The position numbers and the translations under genes are program-made. From positions 14,587 to 78,586 of the forward strand of contig CAWJWC010000004.1 in NCBI GenBank assembly GCA_963846515.1: DNA of 64,000 bases, given 5' to 3'. A model generated the notes under the pieces. The model did no database searches. It worked only from the letters and a program-made list of their open reading frames with translations, and was not told where the DNA came from. This stretch comes from an uncultured Solirubrobacterales bacterium. Its GTDB lineage: Bacteria > Actinomycetota > Thermoleophilia > Solirubrobacterales > 70-9. Shown one piece after another: positions 1-9,018 of this stretch (the first letter of the stretch is position 1; each line of letters starts with the position of its first letter).

Positions 1-694
1 TGAACTGGATGAAGTCGGCGGCGTCGACCAGGGCGCCGCCGGTCTCGCCGATGCCCTGCACGCAGTCAAAGACGTCGGGGGCGCCGATCTCCTCCTTCCA
101 GGCCTTGACCACCTCGGCGAGGCCGAGCGGGGTGAACTCGGAGGGCTTCACGACGACCGCCGCGCCCGCCTGCAGAGCCGGGATCGCGTCGCCGAGCGCG
201 AGCGTGAGCGGGAAGTTCCAGGGGCTGATGATGCCGACCACCGGGAAGGGCCGGTACTGGATCGTCAGCTTCTTCGCGGCGAGCAGCGGCGAGTGGGGGC
301 GGACGCTTTCGTCGCCGATGAACTTCTCGGCCTTGCTGCCGTAGAAGTTGATCAGGTTGGTCAGGTAGACAGCCTCGGTGGTCGCGTCGGCGCGGACCTT
401 GCCGGTCTCCGCCTGCATCGTGTCGGCAACCCGCTGCGCGTTGTCGAGCAGCCAGTCGCGCAGCTTGCCGAGCCAGTTGTAACGCCCCTCGATTCCGAGC
501 GCCTCCCACTCAGCTTGGTTGGTGCGCACACGCGCCACCGTCTCGGCGACGCTCGCCGGCGAGTCGATCGCGACCGCGCCGGCGCGGTCGCCGGTCGCCG
601 GGTTGATCACCTCGATCTGCTCCGACGCGCCGCCGTTCGCCCCGTTCGTCGAAGTGCTCGCCTCGCTGCCGGTCTCGACCGTCCCGCTCTCCAC
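1..694 (-). CDS. NAD(P)-dependent aldehyde dehydrogenase (N-terminal part; gene runs off the left edge)
   Basis: My own minus-strand translation. This frame is absent from the ORF track because it has no stop in the window. GTG at 694 is preceded by GGAAGGGAG. The product reads ...IEVINPATGD...YRPFPVVGIISPWNFPLTLALGDAIPALQAGAAVVVKPSEFTPL, the classic ALDH WNFP / NAD-binding region. Confidence 0.85.
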   Translation of the reverse strand, partial: MESGTVETGSEASTSTNGANGGASEQIEVINPATGDRAGAVAIDSPASVAETVARVRTNQAEWEALGIEGRYNWLGKLRDWLLDNAQRVADTMQAETGKVRADATTEAVYLTNLINFYGSKAEKFIGDESVRPHSPLLAAKKLTIQYRPFPVVGIISPWNFPLTLALGDAIPALQAGAAVVVKPSEFTPLGLAEVVKAWKEEIGAPDVFDCVQGIGETGGALVDAADFIQF

Positions 695-770
695 TGGTGC
701 TCCCTTCCTCGCCCGTCGCCGTTTGGCTGCTCAGCCAAACTCTAGCCGGCTAACGCGGATCCGGCCGAAT

Positions 771-1121
771 CTAAACGATTTGAGTGGCAATCAGCGTGAC
801 GACAAGAGTCAGAAAGCCGGTTAGCAGCATGTTCTGCAGCCGGTCAAAGCGCTGGTTCATTTCCGACCGCAGCTCTGCGAGTTCCTGCCGCGAGCTCTTC
901 TCCGCGAGCTCTTTCCTGAGGTCGATCTGGTCGGCATGCACCTGCGCGAAGCGAGCGTCGACCTGGGCGAAGCGAGCGTCGACCTGGGCGAAGCCGTTGT
1001 CAACGCGGACGACGAGGTCGTCCATGCGGTCGTCGGTCCAACGTTCTCTCACAGCCTCCATGATGCCACTGTAGACAATAAGATGCGACCTGTTGCGCGC
1101 CGACTGTCCCAGAAGTGTCAC
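771..1121 (-). CDS. tail-anchored coiled-coil protein with FAQVDAR heptad repeats (function unknown)
   Basis: ORF track, 116 aa. GTG at 1121 overlaps the TGA of the upstream gene (GTGA); an alternative ATG lies at 1061. A 7-aa unit occurs about 3 times, encoded by a 21-bp tandem repeat. The C-terminus is hydrophobic (LLTGFLTLVVTLIATQIV). Confidence 0.6.
   Translation of the reverse strand: MTLLGQSARNRSHLIVYSGIMEAVRERWTDDRMDDLVVRVDNGFAQVDARFAQVDARFAQVHADQIDLRKELAEKSSRQELAELRSEMNQRFDRLQNMLLTGFLTLVVTLIATQIV
942..1004. repeat. 3 x 21-bp tandem repeat (CTG[C/G]GCGAAGCGAGCGTCGAC; third copy diverged) inside the CDS
   Basis: Direct reading: copies at 942-962, 963-983 (near identical) and 984-1004 (partly diverged). 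Confidence 0.85.
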
Positions 1122-2320
1122 TTCTGGACGAGGCGGAAGACCGGGCCTTCGAGCGAGGTGACGTAGAGGTGGCCGCGGGTGTCTTCGCCGAAGGAGCTGG
1201 GGCTGGAGACGGCGAGGCCGAGCTTGCGCTCGCCGCTGGCCCGTTTGAGGTGGGGAACAAGGCTGCGCAGCTCGCCCTCGCAGAAGTCGGCGTAGACGTA
1301 GCGCTTGTAGAGCGAGCGCAGGCTGCGGTCGCGAACGACGTAGCCGCCGGTGACCGAGCAGCTGCCGCCGCGGCTGTGGGCGAAGTCGAAGATCGGCTTC
1401 ACGGTGGCGCCGGGGTCGGGCGTGCCGCTGCTTTCGCCGCGGTAGGGGGAGAAGCCCTCGAAGGCGTCCCAGCCGAAGTTGGCGCCGGCCGCGGCGGCGA
1501 CGGTGGTGTAGTCGATCTCCTCGATCTCGTTCTGGCCGACGTCGCCGATCGCGATCCGCCGCTGCGCCGCGCTGACGGTGTCGAAGGAGAAGCGGAACGG
1601 GTTGCGCAGGCCGTAGCTGTAGATCTCGTCGCGACCGGGCTCGCCGACGAACGGGTTCGAGGCGGGCACCGAGTAGGGCTGGCCGCCGGACGGCCGCGGG
1701 TCGATCCGCAGCAGCTTGCCGAGCAGGGCGTTGCGGTTCTGGGCGTTGTTGGGCGGGTCGCCGCCGGCGCCGCCGTCGCCCGTGCCGAAGTAAAGGAGGT
1801 TGCCGAGGAACTGCAGCTGGCCGCCATTGTGGTTGCTGTTGATCGGGTGGAGAATCTCGATCACCCGCCGCTGCGAGTCGGCGGCGGCGCGGGTGGCGCT
1901 GCGGCGCTTGAATTCGTCGACGCGGATGTTGCCGACGCTGTCCGTGTAATAGACGTAGAAGCTCCCGCTCTGCTCGTAGTCGGGCGGGAAGGCGAGCGAG
2001 AGCAGCCCCTCCTCGCCCCCGTAGCCGACCTGCGAGCGCAGGTCGAGGAAGGTGCCGCGCTTGCGGTCGCCGCTGAGGACCTCGATTCGGCCCGGCTGCT
2101 CGACCACGAACAGCAGCTTCGGAAAGCCGGGCGCGCCGCTCACGTAGACCGGCTCCTCGAAGTTGCCGATCCGCTTCAGGCCGATGCCGCGGCCAGGCCT
2201 CTCGCCGCCGGGGCGTGCAGCCGACCGATCGGTCTCGTCTGCGGAGCCGCAGGCCGGCAGCGCGAGAGCAGACAGGGCGGCGATCAGAAGGGCCGTTGCG
2301 GTGCGTCGCATGCCTGCCAA
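1118..2320 (-). CDS. PQQ-dependent sugar dehydrogenase (soluble glucose/sorbosone dehydrogenase family), lipoprotein
   Basis: 400 aa. Signal peptide with lipobox LALPAC. Family motifs HPINSNHNGGQLQF, GTGDGGAGGDP and YSYGLRNPFRFSFD. Confidence 0.85.
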   Translation of the reverse strand: MAGMRRTATALLIAALSALALPACGSADETDRSAARPGGERPGRGIGLKRIGNFEEPVYVSGAPGFPKLLFVVEQPGRIEVLSGDRKRGTFLDLRSQVGYGGEEGLLSLAFPPDYEQSGSFYVYYTDSVGNIRVDEFKRRSATRAAADSQRRVIEILHPINSNHNGGQLQFLGNLLYFGTGDGGAGGDPPNNAQNRNALLGKLLRIDPRPSGGQPYSVPASNPFVGEPGRDEIYSYGLRNPFRFSFDTVSAAQRRIAIGDVGQNEIEEIDYTTVAAAAGANFGWDAFEGFSPYRGESSGTPDPGATVKPIFDFAHSRGGSCSVTGGYVVRDRSLRSLYKRYVYADFCEGELRSLVPHLKRASGERKLGLAVSSPSSFGEDTRGHLYVTSLEGPVFRLVQK

Positions 2321-2342
2321 CGCTACCCCGGGCCGGCGCGGG

Positions 2343-3029
2343 TTACTCCCCGCGGCCCTCTCGCTGGGTCCCTTTCTCGATCACATCGCCGCTGTCGGTC
2401 ACTTCGACGTCGGGTGGGACGCTGGAGATCTCGGCGACGAAGGAGCCACCGGGAGCGATGTCGCCCCTGGTCCGCGCCTTGGCGCTGCCGCTGAGGTTGG
2501 CGGCGACGGTGTAGCGCAGGGTGTAGTCGCCGGCTTTGACCGCGCTCAGCTTCCAGACCGCCCTGGTCGTCTCCCCGGGCTCGAGCGGCCCGAAGGCGAA
2601 GGTCTTGTCGTTCGAGGTCTCGGCGCCGCCCGGGTCCGCGGAGCCCTGTAGGCGCGGGTAGGTTGCGGCCAGGACCCAGACCGGGCGGTCGGGCTGGGCC
2701 AGTTCGGCGGTGGAGTCGCGGATCCCGAACGGGAGCATCGAGGTCTGGCCCGCCCTGCCGGCGATCGAGATCGTCACCGCCAGACTCGGTACCGCCTTCT
2801 CGCCGTCGTTGCGGAAGCCGAGCCGCAGCAGCGAGGTCTGGCCGAGCTGCTGCTCGGTCGGGAAGCTGGCCTCGGTGACGCGGACGTCGTAGGTGCCGCC
2901 CGGTTCGTTTGCGTCGGAGGAAGATTCTCCGCCGCAGGCGGCAAGCAGCGCCGCCACCGCCACGGCGGCAACCCCAGTCGCGGTGGCTCGGAGGCGGGAA
3001 GTCCGGCGCTGTCTTCCGGTTCCCCGCAA
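2343..3029 (-). CDS. secreted lipoprotein, unknown function
   Basis: 228 aa. Arg-rich N-terminus followed by lipobox LLAACGG. High-GC3 frame, 22 nt upstream of the dehydrogenase gene on the same strand. Confidence 0.65.
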   Translation of the reverse strand: MRGTGRQRRTSRLRATATGVAAVAVAALLAACGGESSSDANEPGGTYDVRVTEASFPTEQQLGQTSLLRLGFRNDGEKAVPSLAVTISIAGRAGQTSMLPFGIRDSTAELAQPDRPVWVLAATYPRLQGSADPGGAETSNDKTFAFGPLEPGETTRAVWKLSAVKAGDYTLRYTVAANLSGSAKARTRGDIAPGGSFVAEISSVPPDVEVTDSGDVIEKGTQREGRGE

Positions 3030-3201
3030 AGCGGCCGCAACATAGCACGGGGTTTCCCTGCTTTAAGGCGCTTTTCGCGGCGCCGGAAAGGGTTAGTCGG
3101 ATCTCAACACAAGGCCGGCCGTGGGGGCTGATCGATCCCATAGACTCAGGTTCACCGAGTGGGGTGCCGCGGGCCTGCGGCGCAGCTCGACGGAGGAGCA
3201 G

Positions 3202-4008
3202 ATGGTCGGATCCGCGGTAAACAGGGCGTTCCTGCCCGCCAAGTCGCTGTTCGAGCAGGTCGGGGACATGATGATCCTCACTGCGCGCACGATCGTTTCC
3301 GCGGTCAAGCCACCGTATCCATACGGCGAGGAGTTCATCGGCCAGTTCCTCTTCGCGCTGCAGCTCTGCTGGTTCCCGCTGTTGGTCTCGACCGTGGCCT
3401 TCGGCTTCGGTGCCCCCGGACTGCAGGCCGCCAACTTTCTCTCGTTGTTCGGCGCGCTCGACCGACTCGGCGGTTTCTTCGTGCTCGCCTCGATCCGCGA
3501 GTTCGCCCCCTTCGTCACCGCGGTCGTCGTCGCCGGCGTCGCCGGCACCGCGATCACCGCCGACCTCGGCGCGCGCAAGATCCGCGAGGAGCTCGACGCC
3601 TTGCAGGTTTTGGGCGTCGATCCGATCAAGAACCTGGTCGTGCCGCGCTTCCTCGCCCTGATGCTGATCACCGGGCTGCTCGACATCTATGCCCTGGTCT
3701 TCGGGATCAGCGGCGGCATCCTCACCGAGATGCTCTACAGCCAGCCGCTCGGCGGCTTCTTCGCGACGCTCTTCTCCAATGCCTCGATCCTCGACCTCGC
3801 TGGCTCGGTGCTCAAGTGCACCCTGTTCGGCGCGATCGTCGCCGTGGTCTGCTGTTACAAAGGCATGACCGCCTCGGGCGGTGCTGCCGGAGTCGGACGC
3901 GCCGTAAACCAGGCCGTCGTCATCTCCTTCATGGGCGTCTTCGCCTTCAACTACGTCTTCACCCAGACGATGCTCGCTACCAACCCGGAGCTGCAGACGA
4001 TCCGATGA
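3202..4008 (+). CDS. MlaE/YrbE-family ABC permease (YrbEA-like)
   Basis: Multi-TM protein with the conserved KIREELDALQVLGVDPIKNLVVPRF motif of MlaE/YrbE permeases. ATG at 3202 lies behind GGAGGAG. The track start at 3121 adds a non-coding-looking extension. Confidence 0.85.
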   Translation: MVGSAVNRAFLPAKSLFEQVGDMMILTARTIVSAVKPPYPYGEEFIGQFLFALQLCWFPLLVSTVAFGFGAPGLQAANFLSLFGALDRLGGFFVLASIREFAPFVTAVVVAGVAGTAITADLGARKIREELDALQVLGVDPIKNLVVPRFLALMLITGLLDIYALVFGISGGILTEMLYSQPLGGFFATLFSNASILDLAGSVLKCTLFGAIVAVVCCYKGMTASGGAAGVGRAVNQAVVISFMGVFAFNYVFTQTMLATNPELQTIR

Positions 4009-4802
4009 ACGCCTGGCTCGAAGTGCCGCGCGGTTGGCTCGACTCGCTCGGGGAGATCGCCCGCTTCGGCTCGCGGGTCGCCGGTCTCGTCTACTCCGGC
4101 CGCGTTTTCCGCTTCTTCGGCGAGAGCCTGCGCCAGGCCGGCATCCTGATCCTCGGCTCGGCGCTGATCATCTGGGGCCTCGTCTTCACGCTCGGCCTGC
4201 AGTGCGGGATCGAGGGGGCCTACCTGCTGCGCGCCCAGGGCGCGCCCGCCTACGCCGGCGTCTTCTCCGCCTGGTGCGACCTGCGCGAGATCATGCCCTA
4301 CGCCTTCGGCTACATGCTCGCGGCCAAGGTCGGGACCGGGATCGTCGCCGAGCTCGGCGCGATGAGGATCTCCGACGAGATCGACGCGCTCGAGGTGATG
4401 GGCGTGCCGCCGGTCACCTTCCTCTGCGCGACCCGTCTGCTCGCCGCTTGGATCGCCTTCCCGTTCATGTACCTGGTCGGGATCGGGATCATGTACCTGG
4501 CCAGCTACATCGCCGTGGTCGAGCAGATCGGCGACGTCTCCTCGGGCGGCTACTTCCTGATCTTCTGGATGTTCCAGAACCCGCCCGACCTGATCTTCAG
4601 CCTGATCAAGGGCATGGTGATGGCGACCGCGATCGTGCTGGTCGGCTGTTACTACGGCTACACGGCCTCGGGAGGCCCGGTCGGGGTGGGGACCGCGACG
4701 GCGAAGTCGATGGTCCTCAACATCGTCTTAGTCCACATCATCGGGATGCTTGGGACCCTGGTCTTCTGGGGAGCCAACCCGAGGGCGCCAATAGGAGGCT
4801 GA
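4005..4802 (+). CDS. MlaE/YrbE-family ABC permease (YrbEB-like)
   Basis: The ATG at 4005 overlaps the upstream TGA (ATGA). Motif RISDEIDALEVMGVPPVTFLCATR plus TM segments. The track ORF 3159..4802 is an upstream shadow extension of the same frame. Confidence 0.85.
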   Translation: MNAWLEVPRGWLDSLGEIARFGSRVAGLVYSGRVFRFFGESLRQAGILILGSALIIWGLVFTLGLQCGIEGAYLLRAQGAPAYAGVFSAWCDLREIMPYAFGYMLAAKVGTGIVAELGAMRISDEIDALEVMGVPPVTFLCATRLLAAWIAFPFMYLVGIGIMYLASYIAVVEQIGDVSSGGYFLIFWMFQNPPDLIFSLIKGMVMATAIVLVGCYYGYTASGGPVGVGTATAKSMVLNIVLVHIIGMLGTLVFWGANPRAPIGG

Positions 4803-4803
4803 G

Positions 4804-5787
4804 TTGCAGCACGACGACGAGAACCGGATCGAAGAAGAGCAGCTTCAGGACGAGGCGGCGAGCAGCGCGGAAGCGCCGCCGGAGATAGCCGACGAGCCCG
4901 CTCCCGCCGCCGCGGGTCCTTATACCGGCGAGGACGGGGCGGTGATGGGGCGCGACTTCGTGATTCCCGGCGTCGACCCGACCGAGGCCGATCCCTACCG
5001 CTTCCACACCGGGCGCAAGCGCGACCACGGCGGCGAGGACGCGATCGAGATCATCGACCTGGTCAAACAGTTCGGCCGCGCCCGCATCCTCAACGGCCTC
5101 AACCTCGGCCTGCCCGAAGACCAGGTCTCGATGGTGCTCGGCCCCTCCGGAACCGGCAAGAGCGTGCTGATCAAGCACATCGTCGGGCTGCTTTACCCGG
5201 ACTCGGGCGACGTCCTCGTGCACGGCGAGTCGATCCCGAACATGACCGACGACGAACTCTTCGAGGTGCGCAAAAAGTTCGGCCTGCTGTTCCAGGACGG
5301 CGCCCTCTTCGGGTCGATGAACATCTACGACAACACCGCCTTCCCGCTGCGCCAGCACACCGACAAAGGCGAGGAGGAGATCGGCGAGATCGTCAACCGG
5401 CGGCTGCGCGAGGTGGGTCTCTCCGAGGCCACCTACAAGATGCCGAACGAGCTCTCCGGCGGGATGCGCAAGCGCGCCGGCTTCGCCCGGGCGCTGGTCC
5501 TGGAACCGGCGATCGTGATGTTCGACGAGCCCGACTCCGGGCTCGACCCGGTGCGCACGGCGCTGCTCTGCGAGCTGATCCGCGAGGTCCACGCCGAGCA
5601 CGGCGGCTGTTACCTGGTGATCAGCCACGACCTCGGCACCGCCCGCCGCATCGCCGACTTCATCGCGGTGCTGTGGAGCGGCAAGATCGTCGAGTCGGGC
5701 CCGAAAGACGAGCTGTTCGACTCGAGTAACCCGTTTGTGAGCCAGTTCCTGAATGCGGACGTGACCGGTCCGCTCACGATGGATTGA
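4804..5787 (+). CDS. ABC transporter ATP-binding protein, MlaF/Mkl type, with acidic N-terminal extension
   Basis: Walker A GPSGTGKS, signature LSGGMRKRAGFARAL, Walker B IVMFDEPDSGLD. TTG start 7 nt after AGGAGG and 1 nt after the upstream stop. Confidence 0.9.
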   Translation: MQHDDENRIEEEQLQDEAASSAEAPPEIADEPAPAAAGPYTGEDGAVMGRDFVIPGVDPTEADPYRFHTGRKRDHGGEDAIEIIDLVKQFGRARILNGLNLGLPEDQVSMVLGPSGTGKSVLIKHIVGLLYPDSGDVLVHGESIPNMTDDELFEVRKKFGLLFQDGALFGSMNIYDNTAFPLRQHTDKGEEEIGEIVNRRLREVGLSEATYKMPNELSGGMRKRAGFARALVLEPAIVMFDEPDSGLDPVRTALLCELIREVHAEHGGCYLVISHDLGTARRIADFIAVLWSGKIVESGPKDELFDSSNPFVSQFLNADVTGPLTMD

Positions 5788-5788
5788 G

Positions 5789-8359
5789 TTGAACGCGGGG
5801 CGGTGGTTCGGCCGCGTCGCGGCGTGGGCCGCCGGCCATGCGCGGGCGGTCTTGGTCGTCTCGGCTCTGCTCGCCCTCGTCGCGGCGCTGGGGGCGACGC
5901 GGATCCCGACCGACGCCGGGGTCGGGACGCTGACCGACACCGACGCCGAGACTTACCGGGCGACGCAGGAGGTGCGCGACGCCTTCGGCGAGGAACCGGT
6001 CGTCGTGCTGGCGGCCGGGGACCTGCAGGAGATGATCCTCGGCCCCGACCTGTTCCAGCTGCTGCGGCTCGAGGGCTGCCTCTCGGGGAACGTCCCCAAA
6101 GGCGCCGAGCCGATTCCCGGACCCTGTGCCGAGCTGGCCCGGCTCGACCCGGTCGAGTTCGTCGCCGGGCCGGCGACCTTCCTCAACGAGGCGGTGGTCC
6201 AGATCGACCGCCAGCTGCGCCGGCTCTCGCAGCGGATCTCGCCGGGGGCGTTCCGCGAATTCCTGCTCTCGGTCGCGACCCGCTACGGCATCACCACCCT
6301 GCCCACCCTCGACAACCCGGAATTCGTCGCCACCGCCGTCTTCGATCTCAGCCGCGCCCGCAGCACGCCGAAGGCGCGGCTCTCTTACCTCTTCCCGACC
6401 GGCCGCTCGGCCCAGATCGTGGTCCGGCTGAGGCCGGACTTGAGCGCAGCCGAACGCGAGCGGGCGCTGGAGCTGATCGAGGCGGCGGTCGAGGAGACGA
6501 CGCCGCGCAAGGCCTGCGCCACTGAGCGGAAGGGCGAGCCGGCGCCCTGCTTCGAGCTCGACGGGGGCACGTACCTGGTCTCCGGCGCGCCGGTCGTCGT
6601 CGACGGACTCGCTGAGGCCCTGGAGGAGGCGCTGCTCGTCCTCTTCGCCGTCGCCGTCGCCGTCATGGCGGCGACCCTGCTGCTCGTCTTCCGCTCGCGC
6701 CTGCGGCTCCTCCCGCTCGCCCTCGCCCTCGTCGCCGCGGCCCTGACCTTCGGCCTGCTCGCCCTCAGCGGTGGCGCCCTGACCATGGCCACGATCGCCG
6801 CCCTGCCGATCCTGATCGGCCTTGCCGTCGACTACGCGATCCAGTTCCAGGCCCGCTTCGACGAGGCGATCGACGGAGGCGCTTCAAATGCCGACGCAGC
6901 TCGGCAGGCCGCCACCGCCGGAGCCCCCACCATCGCCACCGCTTGCCTGGCGACGGCCGCGGGCTTCCTAGCTCTCCAACTATCCCCGGTCCCAATGATC
7001 CGCAGCTTCGGCCTCTTGCTGATCTTGGGCGTCGCCATCTCCTTCCTGCTCACCCTTGTAGCCGGCTCCGCCGCACTCAGCTTGCGATCCGCCGGCGGCG
7101 GGAGGAACGCGCTCCTCGGGCGGGTGGCGCGGGGAGGGGTCCGAGAACGGACACACTTGCCCGCCCGCAGGACCCCTCCCCGGGACAGGACCCGCCCGCC
7201 AGAGCGCGCTGGACCCGGCGTGGGCAGCTGGCTCCGCGACTGGTCCCTCTGGCTAGCCCTCGAGCACCGCGTCCCGGTGCTTGCCGTCGCCGTGACCCTG
7301 GCAGCCGCCGGCTGGGCCGCCGGAACCCAGGTCGAGACGACGTCGGACATCCGCGACCTCGCACCCCAGAGCCTCGACGCCGTCGACGACCTCAACCGGT
7401 TGCAGGAGACGACCGGGGTCTCCGGCGAGCTCGACGTCAGCGTCGTCGCCCCCGACCTGACCGCCCCGGCGACGATCGGGTGGATGGCTGCGTTCAAGCA
7501 GCGGGTCCTGCGCGAGAACGGGTTCAGCGGCGAAAACCCGAGCTGCCTCGAGGCCGACCTCTGTCCCGGCCCGGCGCTCTCCGACTTCCTCACCCGCGGC
7601 GATGACGAGCTGACCCGTAGCGGCATCGACGCGACGCTGGCGGCGCTCTCGCCCTATGCCTTGCGGCAGGTGGCGCCGCTCGATCCCGAGCGCGGCGAGA
7701 TCGGGCGGCAGGCCCTGCTCTCGTTCGGGATCCGGGCCCAGTCGCTGGAGGACCAGCAGGCGCTGGTCGACCGCGTCCGCGCCGCGATCGGCGAGCCCGA
7801 CACCCCCGAGGGCCCGCCCAAGGGGGTCGAGGTGCGGCTCGCCGGCCTGCCGGTGATCGCCGCCGAATCGGCGACCGACCTCTCCGCCAGCCGCTACTGG
7901 CTCACCCTCGCCGGCCTGCTCGCCGTCGGCTTGGTCCTGCTTCTGGCCTACCGTTCGCCAGCCCGGATCCTGATCGCCCTCGCTCCCGCCGTGCTGGCGA
8001 CCGGGTGGGCATCGCTGATCCTCTGGCTCAGCGGCGTCCCGCTCAACCCGATGTCGGCGGCCCTGGGAGCGCTGACGCTCGCCATTGCGACCCAGTTCGC
8101 GGTGATCCTCAGCGGCCGCTTCGAGGAGGAGCGGCGCGCCGGGCGCGACCTCGACGAGGCGCTGGAGCGGGTCTACGGGCGCACCGGGGCTGCTGTCTTC
8201 GCCTCCGCGGCGACCGCGATCGCCGGCTTCGCGGTGCTGATCGTCAGCGACGTGCAGATGTTGCGCGACTTCGGCATCGTCACCGTGATCGACCTGGCCG
8301 TGGCGCTGCTTGGGGTGATGCTGGTGCTGCCCGCGGCGCTTTCATGGGGAAGAGAATGA
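5789..8359 (+). CDS. MMPL/RND-superfamily transporter (HpnN-like)
   Basis: 856 aa with two TM bundles separated by soluble domains. Carries the LAVDYAIQF-type RND motif. The start is 1 nt after the ATPase stop. Confidence 0.85.
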   Translation: MNAGRWFGRVAAWAAGHARAVLVVSALLALVAALGATRIPTDAGVGTLTDTDAETYRATQEVRDAFGEEPVVVLAAGDLQEMILGPDLFQLLRLEGCLSGNVPKGAEPIPGPCAELARLDPVEFVAGPATFLNEAVVQIDRQLRRLSQRISPGAFREFLLSVATRYGITTLPTLDNPEFVATAVFDLSRARSTPKARLSYLFPTGRSAQIVVRLRPDLSAAERERALELIEAAVEETTPRKACATERKGEPAPCFELDGGTYLVSGAPVVVDGLAEALEEALLVLFAVAVAVMAATLLLVFRSRLRLLPLALALVAAALTFGLLALSGGALTMATIAALPILIGLAVDYAIQFQARFDEAIDGGASNADAARQAATAGAPTIATACLATAAGFLALQLSPVPMIRSFGLLLILGVAISFLLTLVAGSAALSLRSAGGGRNALLGRVARGGVRERTHLPARRTPPRDRTRPPERAGPGVGSWLRDWSLWLALEHRVPVLAVAVTLAAAGWAAGTQVETTSDIRDLAPQSLDAVDDLNRLQETTGVSGELDVSVVAPDLTAPATIGWMAAFKQRVLRENGFSGENPSCLEADLCPGPALSDFLTRGDDELTRSGIDATLAALSPYALRQVAPLDPERGEIGRQALLSFGIRAQSLEDQQALVDRVRAAIGEPDTPEGPPKGVEVRLAGLPVIAAESATDLSASRYWLTLAGLLAVGLVLLLAYRSPARILIALAPAVLATGWASLILWLSGVPLNPMSAALGALTLAIATQFAVILSGRFEEERRAGRDLDEALERVYGRTGAAVFASAATAIAGFAVLIVSDVQMLRDFGIVTVIDLAVALLGVMLVLPAALSWGRE

Positions 8360-9018
8360 GGGACCGCTACTCGATCGCCGTCGGCCTGATCTTCCTCGCG
8401 GTGATCGCGGTCGCGACGATTCGGACGTTGGGCGGCGGGGGCGAGGGGGGGACCCTGGGGATCGACCGCCAACCGCCGCGCTGGCCGCTGCCGGAGTTCG
8501 CCGTGCCGGCCGCCGCCGGGTCGCTCGAAGGCGACGCCAACGTCGCCCAGGACGACTGCGAAAGCGCCGCCGTCCCTTGCCCGCAGGACGGCCGGCGCAC
8601 GCCTGCCTGCCGGATCGAGACGGCCGGCGCGATCCGCGTCTGCGACTTCTTCGACCGGCCGCTGGTGATCTCGTTCTGGTTCTCCAAAGGGAGCGACTGC
8701 GAGCGCCAGCAGGACGTGGTTAACGCGGTCTACGGGCGCTACCGTGGACGGGTGAACTTCCTCTCGCTGAACGTGCGCGACGCTCGCGACGCCGTTCGCG
8801 AGCTGGTCCTCCAGCGTGGCTGGCAGCTGCCGGTGGGCTACGACCGCGACGGCGCCGTCGCCGGCCTCTACAGGGTCGGCGTCTGCCCGACCTTCGCCTA
8901 TGCCTACCCCGGCGGCACCCTGCAGGGTGCCAGCATCGGCGAGCTCGGCGTCGGGCAGCTGAGCGCCCGCGTCGAGGGCCTGCTGGACGCAACCCGGGCG
9001 GCGGAGCGGCCGCGATGA
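8356..9018 (+). CDS. membrane-anchored thioredoxin-fold (TlpA/redoxin-like) protein with degenerate active site
   Basis: The ATG at 8356 overlaps the MMPL TGA (ATGA); an alternative ATG is at 8344. N-terminal TM segment, then LVISFWFSKGSDCERQ where TlpA proteins have FWASWCxPC. The fold signature VCPTFAY is present. Confidence 0.6.
   Translation: MRDRYSIAVGLIFLAVIAVATIRTLGGGGEGGTLGIDRQPPRWPLPEFAVPAAAGSLEGDANVAQDDCESAAVPCPQDGRRTPACRIETAGAIRVCDFFDRPLVISFWFSKGSDCERQQDVVNAVYGRYRGRVNFLSLNVRDARDAVRELVLQRGWQLPVGYDRDGAVAGLYRVGVCPTFAYAYPGGTLQGASIGELGVGQLSARVEGLLDATRAAERPR

Noticed and set aside
1115-2494. Very long ORFs on the opposite strand or in other frames of real genes. Examples: 1115..2494 +, 32752..35526 -, 49126..52179 -, 53376..55211 +, 43443..45278 +, 38690..40438 +, 44290..45837 -, 56307..58010 -.
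   Set aside because: Their translations are Arg/Ala/Gly/Pro-rich low-complexity strings without motifs. Each overlaps a gene with clear family signatures and strong GC3 bias. These are typical stop-poor shadow frames of about 70% GC DNA.
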